Positions 1 to 13,310 of a stretch of 64,000 nt of DNA are shown here, piece after piece. The position numbers were made by a program, and so were the translations under genes. Position 1 is the first letter of the stretch. The number at the start of each line of letters is the position of its first letter. The stretch is from Octopus sinensis (taxonomy: Eukaryota), in NCBI RefSeq assembly GCF_006345805.1, contig NC_042999.1, positions 113,150,001-113,214,000 on the forward strand. Direction: 5' to 3'. The notes beneath the pieces were generated by a model. It made no database searches. It had not been told where the DNA came from and worked only from the letters and a program-made list of their open reading frames with translations.

Positions 1-1321
1 ACAGTTCATGCAATTCCATTACAACGAACATTTTAATAAACCCGAATAGAGCAGAAGAGCTAAGTAAAAATGGATTATTTAAGGGCAACTAATTCCGAAT
101 GTACTAACCATGACTAATTCAATTGGAATTAAATTTTCAAGATTTCAGTATCAAACACAATTAACGCACCTTTTATCAATGTCTTTTCCACCCCAAGCTC
201 CTCCAGCACCTACATACTTAGTGTTACCGCGTTCATCGAGTTTATTTCCTCTGGAAATATTTTCCGCTAAACCATGCATATACATAGACAAGATAAATGT
301 ATGTATGTTTTAGGTATGTAAGTATGTGTACACGGAGATATAGTATATATGTATTTATATATATTTGTTGGGAAATGTGTATGTTTATGTGTAGTGTGTG
401 TGTATGTGTGTGTGTGCGTATGTGTGTGGTTATGTATAGTCTGTGTGTATGTGAACAGCGTCATTAGATTGGCACAAATATGTACATACACTCATATAGT
501 TATATACATGTATTTATATATTTGCGTATGCTACTTAAGTGTATCTATCTATCTGTCTGTCTGCCTGTCTGTATGTCTGTCTATGTGTGTACAGACAAAG
601 ACACAAACAAATATACACATAGTTACACACATTTATACACATTCATACGAAAGACAGAGAGTGACAGTGAGAAAGTGAATATGAGATGTATGCGGTTGAT
701 TGTCACTTAGTTGAAGGCTGCTTAATCGAAGGCACCTAACTTCATTAAAATCGATAAGTGAACAGACTTAATATGGCTGCTGACACCATCGTCCAACGTA
801 GAAAATGTTAGTCGTGTAGAAACTGTACTTGTTTTATGTATGAAAAATATAGTTATATTGGGTAAATTTTATGTATAGTGTTGATACATTTAATAGAAAC
901 AATATATTTTTCTTGTGCATTGTCAATTTTTTCTCGAAACAGCATCTTATAAAACATTTCTCATTTATCTATTTCTCTCTCTCTTCCTCTCTCTTTCTCT
1001 CCACCTGTCTCTCTCTCTCACACACATATGCGTACATATGTTCCTACATACAGATGTAGACATACATTACTACTTATATATATGTATACATTCGCACGTA
1101 TGTTCAGAGAAGGAGAGCGAGAGATGGGGAGAGAGAAAAAGTTATGTCCAAACACCAGGTAAATTGCACAGAGCAAGACAGAAACACGTATACTATTCTT
1201 ATCTCATCAATTATTGATAGAAAATCAAGGCTGTTTCAGCATATTATAAACAAGATTGCTTAGTTCAGAGTACCGGTAGCTTTATGACAAATGCAAGCAG
1301 GAAATGATATTGGGAGAATAG

Positions 1322-1537
1322 GAAGGTGGCGAGCTGGTAGAAACGTTAGCTCGCCAGGCGAAATGTTTAGCGGTGTTTCGTCTGTCTTTACGTTCTGAGG
1401 TCAAATTCCGTCGAGGTCAACTTTGCCTTTCATGCTTTCGGGGTCGATAAATTAAGTACCAGTTGCGTACTGGGGTCGATCTAATCGACTGGCCTTCCCC
1501 CGCCAAAATTTCGGGCCTTGAGCCTTGAGTAGATAAG
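1322..1537 (+). mobile_element. tRNA-derived SINE, family A, full length with target-site duplication
   Basis: tRNA-like head (GGCGAGCTGGTAGAA...GGTCAAATTCC), central GCCTTTCATGCTTTCGGGGTCGATAAATTAAGTACC block shared with other copies in the window; exact 16-bp TSD GATATTGGGAGAATAG at 1306-1321 and 1538-1553. Confidence 0.9.
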
Positions 1538-1709
1538 GATATTGGGAGAATAGATGCTAAAAAAGGATGATGCGACGAGACTTGACAATAACAATTATTC
1601 GTAAGTGTAAGAATAATTAGATACAACAAATATTTAAGTCGGTGGACACGCACACACACACACATACACGTGTGTATGTGTGTGTATGAGTGTGTGCGTG
1701 CGTATGTGC

Positions 1710-1766
<57 letters not shown>

Positions 1767-2848
1767 CATGTGCTTGTTTCAACTGGCCTTTAGCGATCAG
1801 ACATAGCTTGCCAGCATGAAATGAGCAATAACTTGGTGTACTCATTATATGTATGCCTTCCCGCACACAAACGCATTAACATACATATGTTTCCCAACAC
1901 AGAAATAGGTTACAGATATGAAACGCATTTAAATGATTAGGAACAAAATTATAACAAGTGAAACATTTTTCTGTTTTCTGAGAAAAAAATATGATGATCT
2001 AATGGACGAACTGACAACCACTTAGCCTACGATTCATGAGTTCATATCTCGTCGGTGGTTCTTCATCTTATTCTAAGCGAGGCACTTCATTCCAATAGAC
2101 TCACGTATCTTGCAAGGAGTATAAATAAGAATAGGGGTTGCCAATCTAAGAAGAGAACTGGCAATAGGTTTTCTGTACTGACCTAAACTGTCTCCTGCTT
2201 TGACATAACTATTGATGCTCGGTTGCCTTTAGTGTTCACTCGGTTGCATGTATTCTGACTGGATCTTTTATCCGAGAATAACTCGATACCTTGACGTGCT
2301 GCTTCTTGCTGCATTAACAAAAGAGTTTTGGTTCCATCTTGCCTTTCCTCATTTTCCAACTACAAAGGTTATGTACGAGTCATATTCTTCTTTCTTTGAC
2401 TAATAGAACCGTCTCAGTTGTAATAAATATATGAAATTCAATTAACCTAGCAAACTCGCTTAAAGATAATATATGAGCGCCAGCTTTGATTTCATTCATT
2501 ACAAAGTTTGAAAGAATGAGAGATAAATGCTTTGGTCTGTGATACTCAATGCAGCAAAGAATACGATACGAACTTAGATTTTTGGGCCGTGAATTTTACC
2601 AGTGAAAACATAAATCATTAAGGAACTCATTGTAGCATAACAATAAAACCCAATAATTGTCGTTGTATTATGCCTTAATTTAAACGCATATTTAATTCAC
2701 TCACTATATTATAGAATCATTTTAGGATGTTGAAAACTGTATCTCGTAGCATTTGTTCCGGCTTTGTGTACTCTTATATCAAAATCACACTGAGAACTCT
2801 TTGTTTTTCATCCTTTAGAGGTCAATAAATAAAGTACCAGTTCTAAAT

Positions 2849-2886
<38 letters not shown>

Positions 2887-3830
2887 CTCTCTCGCCTTCT
2901 CACAAGTTTTCTTCCTCTCTTTCTCTCTCTCACATGCACGCAAAAGTGCGTGCAAGTGAGAATTGCGTTAAAGGTACACGTGTCTATAGAATATTCAGCA
3001 ACGGACGTATCAAATCCAGGAGATAGAATTCAGTTAGTCGAATAATTGAATGCTCAGCACCGAGATCGCCAAAGAATTCGCCATCACTCACTCCTTTAAC
3101 TATAGATCACATTAACCGAAGCAATATGAGGTGTTTGACTTTCCGGAGGATTGTCGAAGATTCTATTACAATTTAATTGTTATAAATCTGCCTGCTTTTG
3201 TGAAAGCAACAAGCATTTAAAAGTACACGTGGTTTAATTTATATTGCTAACTTAATACAACAAATATTTTAATGTCCATTATTTTCTATGATGGAACACC
3301 CATTTCATTGCAAACGTTGCCATGATATTGGAGTTTTATTTCTTTCTAAATGCAATATTTGTCAACAGTTTTGTGTAGCAGAAAGTAAAGCTTTTGCTAT
3401 ACAATGTTTGCCTTATGTAACTGCAAAAACATGATACATCAGTATTTAAAAAAATAAATTTATGATACACAAGACACTTTTAAAGGAGCGGTAAATCGAT
3501 TACATAGAGCCTAATTTTCAACTGGTTCTTATTTGAAGAAACTTTTATCTGCGAAAATAGTAGTAAAACTTACAAGTTACCGCCTGCCATATCAAAAAAC
3601 AATGCCTAAAAAAGGCGGAATGATCACTGCTAAAATATTAAAAGCCCCCTTGATCAGTGCCGACACGATGGTAAACAACAGTAAAGAAGAAGATAAAGAA
3701 GAATAACAAAATAATCATTTTTGAACAGTGCTGTCATTGGTCGACGTTTTCACAAATCAAAGAATCCTTAGTGACTAATATAGTTTTACTGAAATTCAGC
3801 TTGGTACGCCGGACAAAAATCCCTAGTTTT

Positions 3831-3967
3831 ATTTCGTCCGTCTTTACTCGCTGAGTTCAAATTCTGCTGAGGTTGATTTTGCATTTAATTCTTTCGGGGT
3901 CGATAAAATAAGTATTAGTTGCACACTAGCGTCCATGTAATCGACTTATTCCCCTCCTTTAAAATTG
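3831..3967 (+). mobile_element. SINE family A, partial/diverged
   Basis: Colinear with 1375-1510 (GAGTTCAAATTC...CTTTCGGGGTCGATAAAATAAGTA...TAATCGACT). Confidence 0.8.
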
Positions 3968-5383
3968 ATGATTTCATGCAACCATTTCGAACATTAGCAC
4001 AAATGGTACAAGCTTTGCTGGATTTGAACTCGGAACGTGCAGTACAGAACTAAATATCATAAAGTATTTCAACGACTCGCTAACGATGTGTCCATCATCA
4101 ACTGCTCCTGCGTGCAAACCTGTGTGTCGTTGATATTCACTTTTAAATTCTGTAGGTTGTTCTTCTCTGAAAGTAAAATGTGGACAGAGAGGGATGCAGT
4201 TTCGAAAAGTATGGACTGGGTAAATATTCCTCCTTGAGGTGCATGAGTGGGTTGCAGCGAGGTAAAATAGGAAGAAGTGGCTATATCGATGGGTTTCAGT
4301 GGGATACGCATAACACTTCAGTGAGTTACAATTTTGAAATTGTTGTAGAGAAAAGCTAGGATTATTATCATAAATACACATCTTTCTATAAACCTCTTTC
4401 ACGAATTTTGTTTTTTCCCTCTCTCTTACTGGCATCCTGTTTGTCTCTATTTTCTTTCTCGTCCTTTCTCCTATCGCGCTCTCTCACACCAGCGTTTTTT
4501 CTCACTCTAATCTTTCTCTAGAACATTTGGTTAATTTCTCCATACCACTTTTTTTAAAAAACTCGCTCCCACAATGTCTGCAGTACTATCTGCTTCTCTT
4601 TCTCAAACCTTTGTCTTTTGTTCTATAGTTTCCTTTCTCCGTCTCTGTAGTTTTCTTCCAAAATATTACATTATACGATAAAAGCCATGCAGTTATCACT
4701 TAAAAAGCAAAAAGCTATTAATATGTATTATGTCCACATATCCCTGGGGATAATATTTATAACTGACATTCTCCATCCTCAAACCATCTTTGAAACAAAT
4801 CTAATCTTGTTTCAAAAATAGTTTTTGTTTTCGAGATACTCAAAATGTTATAATTTTCTTACACATTTACGCATAATCATACATTATTTGAATTTTTCTT
4901 GTTTGTTTTCTTTTAATTAAAAAAAACTCATGGAGCAATTTCGTCATAATTAAAAATTCAAATTAGATTTGTATTTTTTAGTTAACATATTATCAAACAA
5001 ATCAGACATTTTCCGGGAGCCTTTGGGTAAACTGACTTGATCTAAATATATATAAACACGGCCAAACTTCAGAAACTTTCTATTGATCAAAACCTTCGTT
5101 AATGTCATGATTCCACAAAGAGCTGGAATTATTGTTGAAATTGAGAACTTCATAGTGAAATTTTGACTATAGTGCTACCAGATATTTTTTTTAAGAAGCA
5201 AGTCTATCAAGTGATACAAGCGCGTGCGCACAGGCACACACGCACCCCCCACACACAGATATGTACACTTGTACACACTCACAGATACAGACACACTCAC
5301 GCTCACACACACTCCACATACACACTAAACACACATACACACACATACACACACACACAACACTCACATATATTAACTTGTAG

Positions 5384-5540
5384 AGGCGTGTGCCTTAATG
5401 GTTAGGCTCATGATCGTAATATTGTGGTTTAGATTCCTGGATCGAGCACTCCGCTCTGTTCTTGAACAAAACTGTCTGCTCAGCTGGCAAAAATGAGTGG
5501 GTGATATATACGCCATAGAAACTGGAAGCTGGCCTTTATC
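5384..5540 (+). mobile_element. Degenerate CORE-type SINE (related to family B)
   Basis: GGCGTGTGCCTTAATGGTTAG head, TGTTCTTGAACAAAAC and CAGCTGGCAAAAATGAGT blocks resemble 8292-8435. Confidence 0.55.
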
Positions 5541-5581
5541 AATCTATATGACTCGGGAAGGAGCTTTATCTTTTCTTTTAT

Positions 5582-5585
<4 letters not shown>

Positions 5586-5665
<80 letters not shown>
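5586..5665. repeat. (CA)n microsatellite
   Basis: Directly visible pure CA run. Confidence 0.95.
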
Positions 5666-5672
<7 letters not shown>

Positions 5673-6569
5673 AACACACATACATCTATATACACACATA
5701 TATGCTCACAAACGCAAACATGTATATCGCTTATAACAATATTCATTCTTGTAGTTTGCACATACGCCGGGATTTCTCCTGCTCCTGCTACTCCTCTTCT
5801 TCGAAAAACGGCGAAATGCTATAAGTCGGAACAGGGAGAAAATATAAATATGGGCAATCAAGGTGGCTTAAAGCATTGTCTTGAAAAATATCTGAGTAAC
5901 ATGAAAGAGATATAGGAAACAAAAGAAGTTTATGAGCCAGCCACCACTCAACCTATTATAAATATTGATCAAAATCTTCAAATCAAAGTCCACAGTTTTT
6001 AAACAAGGAACGACTCATAGGATAGTGTATAAACGAAGATAAACTTAAAATTACAGGAAGTCAAAGGTGGGAGGTTTTTGTCCATAGAATCAAGTTTGGT
6101 ATCGGACTAACTGATCTTATGAAAAATGGAATTCCAGCAATGAAATTAATGGTATGAAATATGAATATCAACGATGAATTTAAAATCCAAAGTGTGCGTA
6201 TTATCCAATTTAGTTTATTACTATTAGTGTCTATGTTCATATGTACCGGAGTGTACTCGTTGAAGAATCGATCAGCTATCATGCTTGTTAATGAAGGTGA
6301 GAGCGCTGAGAACCTTTGCTACACCACTCTTTCTTCAAGAGTTAACCTTGTTGTGAAGTAAGAGACTAATTTTATTACTATTTATCAACTACCGTAGAAT
6401 AAAAGTAAGCACTCAGTGAACATATTAAAATTTATGGAAGTTTTCGTAGCGTCGACCATCTATAAAGAAAAATTATTAATTAAAGAAAAGAAATCTGTTC
6501 TCAATTGCAGTTAATTTAAAATTGCATAAAACAAAATGGAATGTATTTAAAAGATATTATTGCTCCCTC

Positions 6570-8040
6570 ATTACTGAAAGAACAATTTGAAGGTATAATA
6601 GCACTACTTAATTTTGGATGCAACAATCGTATCACAATGCATGTGCGTGTGTATAAGATATAATAAACGACAAAATAAGATTGTATCACAAGTTTTAGGA
6701 TTAATTCTTGTTGCGAAAACTACTGTCAAAACGTTTCATCAAGTCGTGAAATGTTCTTCAGTGATGTGGGAATTAATATTGAAAAAATTAATTTGCTCTT
6801 GCAGCAAACGGAACTTCAAACATCTGTGGTGTTAATAATTCTCTCTACAAGTTGATGAAATTATATAATCCAAACTAGATTCTCATACAATGCATCTGCC
6901 ACTCTCTCCATTTACCTTGTTGCCAAGCTGTTAAAGAATTGCATTCTAACATTGACTATCTGTTGAGAAAAACTTATTATGCAACTGGTTCCACAGATCA
7001 ACAGTGCGAAGGTAATCTTACATGGAAATATATAAATTAATCAACAACAATGATTTCATTTTGAGCCACAATAAGGTTTAGCGAGAAATAATTGCATAAA
7101 AGGAATTTTTACTTAGTGGAGTGCATTAAACTTATATTTTCTGGCTGTAAAAAGTATCATGCATAGTATTTACTCAGATACAACTACCGAACTTAATTTA
7201 ACATTTATGAGACGAGACCTGTGTTGAGTGGAATCGAAAAAATTAATTTGTTATTCGAGAAAGAAATTGCAATTCACTGTAAAGTTTCAAGTAAATTTTC
7301 CTATCCTCAGTATGTGAATCTTGAAACGAATTTTGATATTGAAACAAATTAATTCCCATGTGCACCCATTCCACAAACACCATCGATTTTGGATAGAAGT
7401 TCTATAGCTTTTGGTTAAGTAAAGTTTCACCAAACCAACTCCTACAATGGTGTACAAAAATAGCATCTAAACTTTTAAAGACAGGTTTGTAAAGAACTTT
7501 TGAACCGTGTGCTTAGAAATATTAGTGTTAACCTTTGGCACAAGGCCAGCAATTTCGGGGAAGAGGGTAAGTCGATACATCGTCCACAATATTAAACTGG
7601 CGCTTACTTTATAGTGCCCCGACAGGATGACAGGCAAAATCAGCTGAATTTGAACTCAAACGTAAAGACGGAACGGACGAAATGCTGTTAAGCCCAGCAT
7701 GCTAACTATTCTGCTGGCCCGCCGCCTTATGTTCCTAGAAATATTGAAACCCTTTTGAAAAATTTTAGGTTTATATGCTAGAGTTTCAGTCATACATAAT
7801 CATCTTTTGAATCTGCCCTTTCTAGTTTTGCGTAGGTCAATCTAAAACGGACGACGTAGAGAACCAGTGGCGCAAACTGCTAACTTTTCATTGGAGAAAA
7901 CTGTTTCCTGAAGAAATCCCTATAGACGTGTCAGAAAACACTTAAGATTGCAGCTGATGAACTACCATTATCAAGCTTTGTTTAGTAAAAAAGTTGTGAA
8001 GAGGAAAGTGAAATTTTTGTTACGTTAAAATTTTAATCAT
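6570..8040 (+). pseudogene. Decayed hAT-superfamily transposase, interrupted by a SINE
   Basis: Frameshifted translation LDATIVSQCMCVCIRY...IVSQVLGLILVAKTT...ILIQCICHSLHLPCCQAVKELHSNIDYLLRKTY matches the hAT catalytic region including the CxxH motif; many stops. Confidence 0.7.
7535..7727 (-). mobile_element. SINE family A inserted in the hAT relic
   Basis: Reverse complement of family A; flanking direct repeat TAGAAATATT at 7514-7523 and 7736-7745. Confidence 0.8.
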
Positions 8041-8144
8041 TAACACTTAATTTCTTGTTGAAGATCAAATTAAAGTATCAACTAAGTAAATTAGAACCAA
8101 CCTACAAGTAAGTCATATGAATACATACATACATACATTCATAC

Positions 8145-8195
<51 letters not shown>

Positions 8196-8291
8196 GTATA
8201 TATATATATATAATACATACATACATACATATATATGTATGTATGTATATATATTCATACATACATACATACTGAGCCACGCGCCTTGACA

Positions 8292-8627
8292 GGCGCGTGG
8301 CTCAGTGGTTAGAGCGTCGAGCTTACGATCGTGAGGTCGTGAGCTCGAATCCCGGACCGGGCTGCGTGTTGTGTTCTTGAGCAAGACACTTTATTTTTCA
8401 CGTTGCTCCAGTTCACTCAGCTGTATAAATGAGTTGCGACGTCACAGGTGCCAAGCTGTATCGGCCCTTGCCTTTCCCTTGGACAACATCGGTGACGTGG
8501 AGAGGGGAGGCCTGTATGCATGGGCGACTGCTGGTCTTCCATAAAACAACCTTGCCCAGACTTGTGCCTCAGGGAGTAACTCTCTAGGTGCAAACCCATG
8601 GTCAGTGTCTGACCGAAGGGGGTCACC
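8292..8627 (+). mobile_element. tRNA-derived CORE-type SINE, family B, full length
   Basis: Pol III A box TGGCTCAGTGG and B box GCTCGAATCC; CORE-like TGTGTTCTTGAGCAAGACACTT...CTCAGCTGTATAAATGAG; second copy at 20076. Confidence 0.9.
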
Positions 8628-8644
8628 ATATATATATATATATA

Positions 8645-8920
8645 TATTATATTAAATTAGAGATAAAACCACTACTAAGCAAATCAAACAGTGAAAATCA
8701 TAAGCCAATACATAGAAATAAAATTAATTAAAAAATATATAAAAAAATATAAAATATAAAATATAAAAATCCAATTAAAATATTTAAATTAAAGTTAAAA
8801 ATTAAAAAAATTATTTAAATTAATAATTTAAACTTATAAATTATAAATATATATATATATTTTTATTATCATTTAATTTAATTATTTATTTTTTATTTTT
8901 ATTTATATTTTTTATTTATA
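8645..8920 (-). mobile_element. AT-rich terminal remnant related to the 12062 fold-back element, between (TA)n tracts
   Basis: AAATTAGAGATAAAACCACTACTAAGCAAATCAAACA matches AAATTAGAGACAAAACCACTATTATGCAAATCAAACA at 12071. Confidence 0.6.
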
Positions 8921-8924
8921 TATA

Positions 8925-8975
<51 letters not shown>

Positions 8976-9271
8976 TATGAATTTATGTATGTAAGTATGT
9001 CTCTTCTGTATTTAATCATTTAAATTCTTCCTCTGAAGAAGGAGCTGGTTTCTAGTAAAGATACAGAGCTTCATCTTTGGAATGTTGATAAGGAAAAGAA
9101 TGAGAAAAATCACGTATAGTTTTACTGTTCCGCTTACAAATTGTGTTAGTAATTTGCGAATCAGTTGGCTGATTTCTTCTTCTGAAAATCCAAGTTTGTC
9201 CAGATTGACAGTTAAGCATTTACTTACAAAACTAACTGCTCCACTTTATAACTGGTATACATTTAAATTTG

Positions 9272-9428
9272 CATGTATGTATGTATGTATGTATGTATGT
9301 ATGTATGTATGTATGTATGTATGTATGTATGTATGTATGTATGTATATATTTACGTATGTATGTATGTATGTATGTATGTATGTATGTATGTATGTATGT
9401 ATGTATGTATGTATGTATGTATGTATGT
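9272..9428. repeat. (ATGT)n microsatellite
   Basis: Directly visible; similar tracts at 25507-25610, 39478-39545, 39764-39842, 63579-63735. Confidence 0.95.
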
Positions 9429-9929
9429 ACCTACGTATGTAAATATGTATGTATGTACCTAAGTATGTTTTATTGGGCATGGATTTGCCAAAATTTTTTC
9501 TAGAATTGTAGTCTCCAATGTTTAAGATATAGGAAATTCAAAGAAATTTTCTAAAAAAAGTTGAAATAAACACACACACACACAAACACACACACACATA
9601 CACACACACCACACACACACACACACACGAATGTATGAATATGTGTATGTGTGTGTGGATGTGTATATATGTATAGAAGTATGTGTTTATCTTTACTTGC
9701 AAAATTTTCGTTTGTAGTTATTCTCTAACACAACCCGTTACTTTCTAAAAACGTTATCGATTTACTTTTTATGAATTTGATTTGACAGCTCTGATCCTAG
9801 ATATATAAAAATCCAGGATTGACATGGATGGAACGGATTTGAGCATAGATTTGCGGGATCACACCCAGGCTCGGTTCTAAACAAGAATTTTATGAACACA
9901 GATGGAGTTTTAACATGTCAAAGAGAGAC

Positions 9930-10130
9930 CTTTCATGCGGTTGCTCGAACTAGAAATAGCAGTCGAATATTCCCTAGATTCACATCCTAGCGTATTGAAA
10001 TATGAAGGCAGCATAGAGTAATCCCGAGTACATTATACATGTAAAGAAAATGGCGGGATAATTACGGTGTGAGTGAATTTGATTATAGCCCGATTAATCA
10101 GGCCTGACTTCGAGCTAAACAATAACAATC
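9930..10130 (+). mobile_element. Old dispersed repeat (SINE-like) with CTAGAAATAGCAGTCGAAT head
   Basis: Diverged copies at about 14340-14500 and 53385-53530 share TAGAAATAGCAG-like and TTTGATGATA blocks. Confidence 0.55.
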
Positions 10131-10149
10131 ATAAAAACAACACAAGAAT

Positions 10150-10350
10150 AAACATAATTCATATGGCTTCATCAATAAATCCGTAACTTGATTTGTTTCA
10201 ATATATTCAATATATTAGATTTCTCTAAGCCTCTGATAAACAACAATTTCGTGATCCCATTGGAATACTTCGTCGACAACCCTTTGTGCAATGGAGGATT
10301 TGGATACAGCAGTACAAAATTATATAGTTTTCACCTATTTTGTAGTGTTG
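10150..10350 (-). pseudogene. Possible Penelope-like RT fragment
   Basis: Translation ...RRSIPMGSRN... followed by SYGFIDEAI resembles the PLE RT GIPMGS and RF/YIDD motifs; heavily degraded. Confidence 0.35.
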
Positions 10351-11303
10351 TAGAATTAACAGTGTTAGACTATATTTGCAGCCAGCATCTAGATGACCAC
10401 AGCCCATCTAGCTACCGAGGCTTGATGGGTTCTGGTAACTAGTTAAAAGTTCTTTTGTTAAAGAAAAATCGCATTACAAAGGTCTGGCAAGGATATGAAC
10501 CACCAACTGTTCAGTCAATGATCTAATAACTTTGATTTCTCAGATTCATTTATATGCGGAGTAATGCCATACAAAATAATACGTCGAGGAAATCTGAATT
10601 TGCAGGTTCATTTGTAGCGCAAATAGTACTTAAAAATAAGCGGTGTCGACAGTTTCAGTTTCAACAGAAAGGACAGTGAAGCGGGGAGATATATGTGAAG
10701 TGAATCACTTGGAATATGAAACAGCACTGGAAATATGATTTTTTTGAGATCACCACTATACTACAGCGCAAATAAAGCGCTTCATATAAAAATTGCGAGA
10801 AGAGAGACAGCACTGAAAATCATTACAGGGCCTTCCAGACTAGTGAGTTGGTTGATGTTCACTTTGAACCTCTGGAAGTAATATTCCTCCCCACTAAGGA
10901 CAATATAGAAGATAGTGTGTTCCAGAATACAGTTCTAAAAATAAGAGTATCGATACAATTTTTAGTGTGCTTTGAGAAGTGAGGAACAGTAGGGTGGCAA
11001 CAGCCACTATTTCAGGGAAAATGGTATATAGTGGTATTTATGTCCATCTCGAGTGCATTAGTGGACGTAAGTGGAGTAAAAATGTTTTGACTTAGAATCA
11101 TCAATTGACCGTCAGCTCAGTTTACAAGACCGTCTCCTACTATATGATGCACGTCACAATAATAAATGCTAAAAATTGCGACATTATGTATAAAGAAAGG
11201 CTAATAACTTTGCCGTCTAATGTTACATGCGTTGCATAATCAAAATGTTGGCCATTCTATTATTGAAAACCTTGCAACAGAGAAGATAGAAAGAGAAAAA
11301 GAC

Positions 11304-11370
<67 letters not shown>

Positions 11371-11390
11371 GAGAGAGAGAGAAAGAAAGC

Positions 11391-11434
<44 letters not shown>

Positions 11435-11582
11435 GAGCTAAATAATGACAACACATTTTCTCATTATAAGGATGAAATTATTGACGACAATCACACCTAC
11501 AATTAATGTTCCAGAGAGCGTGGAGAATGTCATGTTCTATCTTGCTACGAACTTTAATGTCGTTAAAGGTAGAGGGGAGAGA

Positions 11583-11616
<34 letters not shown>

Positions 11617-11942
11617 TAGAGAGAGGAAAGTGATATACTATTGACATAAGCTGTATTGAAGTTATCCTGTAGAAATAAATTATATTCTATGTAAAAGGAT
11701 CATGCTTATCCATTATAAAGCAATTACTGAACAACATTGATTATAGATTGTAACGAAATATCCAGGTGTTAATGAGAGAGAAAATGTAGTAGATTAGAAG
11801 GAAATATTGTAAACATCAAGCTGGTGTAAAAACTAGTATTCACGTAGGCATCAGGTATGGAGTCAACGACAACGCTGACATTGGCATCAACCTAACTAAA
11901 TTTATTCTTCGAAATTGTGCTCGATGAATATATATATATATA

Positions 11943-12002
11943 TGATTGATTCGATTGATTCTAGTTTCAGCTCACGAGCTGTGGCCATGCTGGGGCACCG
12001 CC
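11943..12002 (-). mobile_element. SINE 3'-end fragment (family D-like)
   Basis: rc GGCGGTGCCCCAGCATGGCCACAGCTCGTGAGCTGAAAC resembles the 3' end of the copy at 39389-39424. Confidence 0.6.
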
Positions 12003-12013
12003 ATATATATATA

Positions 12014-12061
<48 letters not shown>

Positions 12062-12071
<10 letters not shown>

Positions 12072-12495
12072 AATTAGAGACAAAACCACTATTATGCAAA
12101 TCAAACAAAGAAAGACTTAATCCAATACATAATTAATTTATATAATTTAAAATTCAACAATTATTAATATCCACTACGATCGTTTCATGTCTTCTTTTCA
12201 TCACATCTTTGAACATAGTTTAAACTCGCCAAGAATATTTGAAACCACCTGAAGAATGTCTACTACTCAAAGATGGGATGAAAAGAAGACATGAAACGAT
12301 CGTAGCGGATATTAATAATTGTTAAATTTTAAATTATATAAATTAATTTATGTATTGGATTAAGTCTTTCTTTGTTTGATTTGCATAATAGTGGTTTTGT
12401 CTCTAATTTATATAATATAATATTTTACTATAAATTGGATTCAATCCTAAATCTGATTTTTCCCTGTAAGTTTGGATTTATTCCCTAATATTTAT

Positions 12496-12500
<5 letters not shown>
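12062..12500. mobile_element. Fold-back HHR element in (TA)n (PLE pseudo-LTR type)
   Basis: About 150-bp inverted arms 12062-12212 / 12267-12417, about 80-nt extension on the right, (TA)n on both flanks, HHR inside. Confidence 0.85.
12245..12308 (+). ncRNA. Minimal type I hammerhead ribozyme motif
   Basis: CCAC-CTGAAGA-ATGTCT..AGACAT-GAAA-C GATC G-TA-GCGG; palindromic stem III; the inverted arm shows GTGG, the perfect stem I partner. Confidence 0.8.
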
Positions 12501-12544
<44 letters not shown>

Positions 12545-12547
12545 TAT

Positions 12548-12599
<52 letters not shown>

Positions 12600-12629
12600 T
12601 ATATATATATATATTATATATATATATAA

Positions 12630-12781
12630 TATTCTAACGTGTATAAAGAAACCCTTATTTTTGTGGATTAAAATTTGAAAAACGGTTTTGTAAGGAATTA
12701 TATTATCCATGTATAAGAAACTCCCATATTTTTTTACCTAATTTTTGACAAAAAAAGGTTCCTTATACACTTAAAATACGG

Positions 12782-12783
<2 letters not shown>
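12630..12783. mobile_element. pogo/Tc1-like MITE
   Basis: Right end TTATACACTTAAAATACGGTA (rc TACCGTATTTTAAGTGTATAA), degenerate left counterpart ATTCTAACGTGTATAA, TA context. Confidence 0.5.
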
Positions 12784-12813
<30 letters not shown>

Positions 12814-12840
12814 TATATATATTATATATATATATAATAT

Positions 12841-12897
<57 letters not shown>

Positions 12898-13175
12898 ACA
12901 TAATAAGTTAAAAACATGATGAATGCACAAACGGAAACAGACGCCAAATCCTCATCAGCTATCGGCCAGAGGGTTAAACGCAATTTCGTGCCTTCAACGA
13001 TAATACTGTTCCCCTTCTGGTGGTGTGGCAGTAAGAAGCCATATATATATTTCGTTTTTGTATATGAAAAAAATAAACAAGTAAATGGATGGAAATCAAA
13101 CCGGTGACTATTATTGAATAATAAGGGACTAAAAGAGAATGACTCTCCTCAGACACAATTACACACACACACACA

Positions 13176-13206
<31 letters not shown>

Positions 13207-13310
13207 CCACACACACACACACACACACACTCACACACACATACACACACATACGCATATAGACACCATAGGGTTGGTGTAATGTGATTAATTTGTGGTT
13301 TTATAGCATA

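Noticed and set aside
4950-5153. piggyBac-like transposase fragment
   Set aside because: Only a faint PALCGIM resemblance to KPAKYGIK; no TIR or TTAA evidence.
8292-8365. tRNA gene (also 20076 and 1322)
   Set aside because: A/B boxes continue into a multicopy SINE body; there is no complete cloverleaf.
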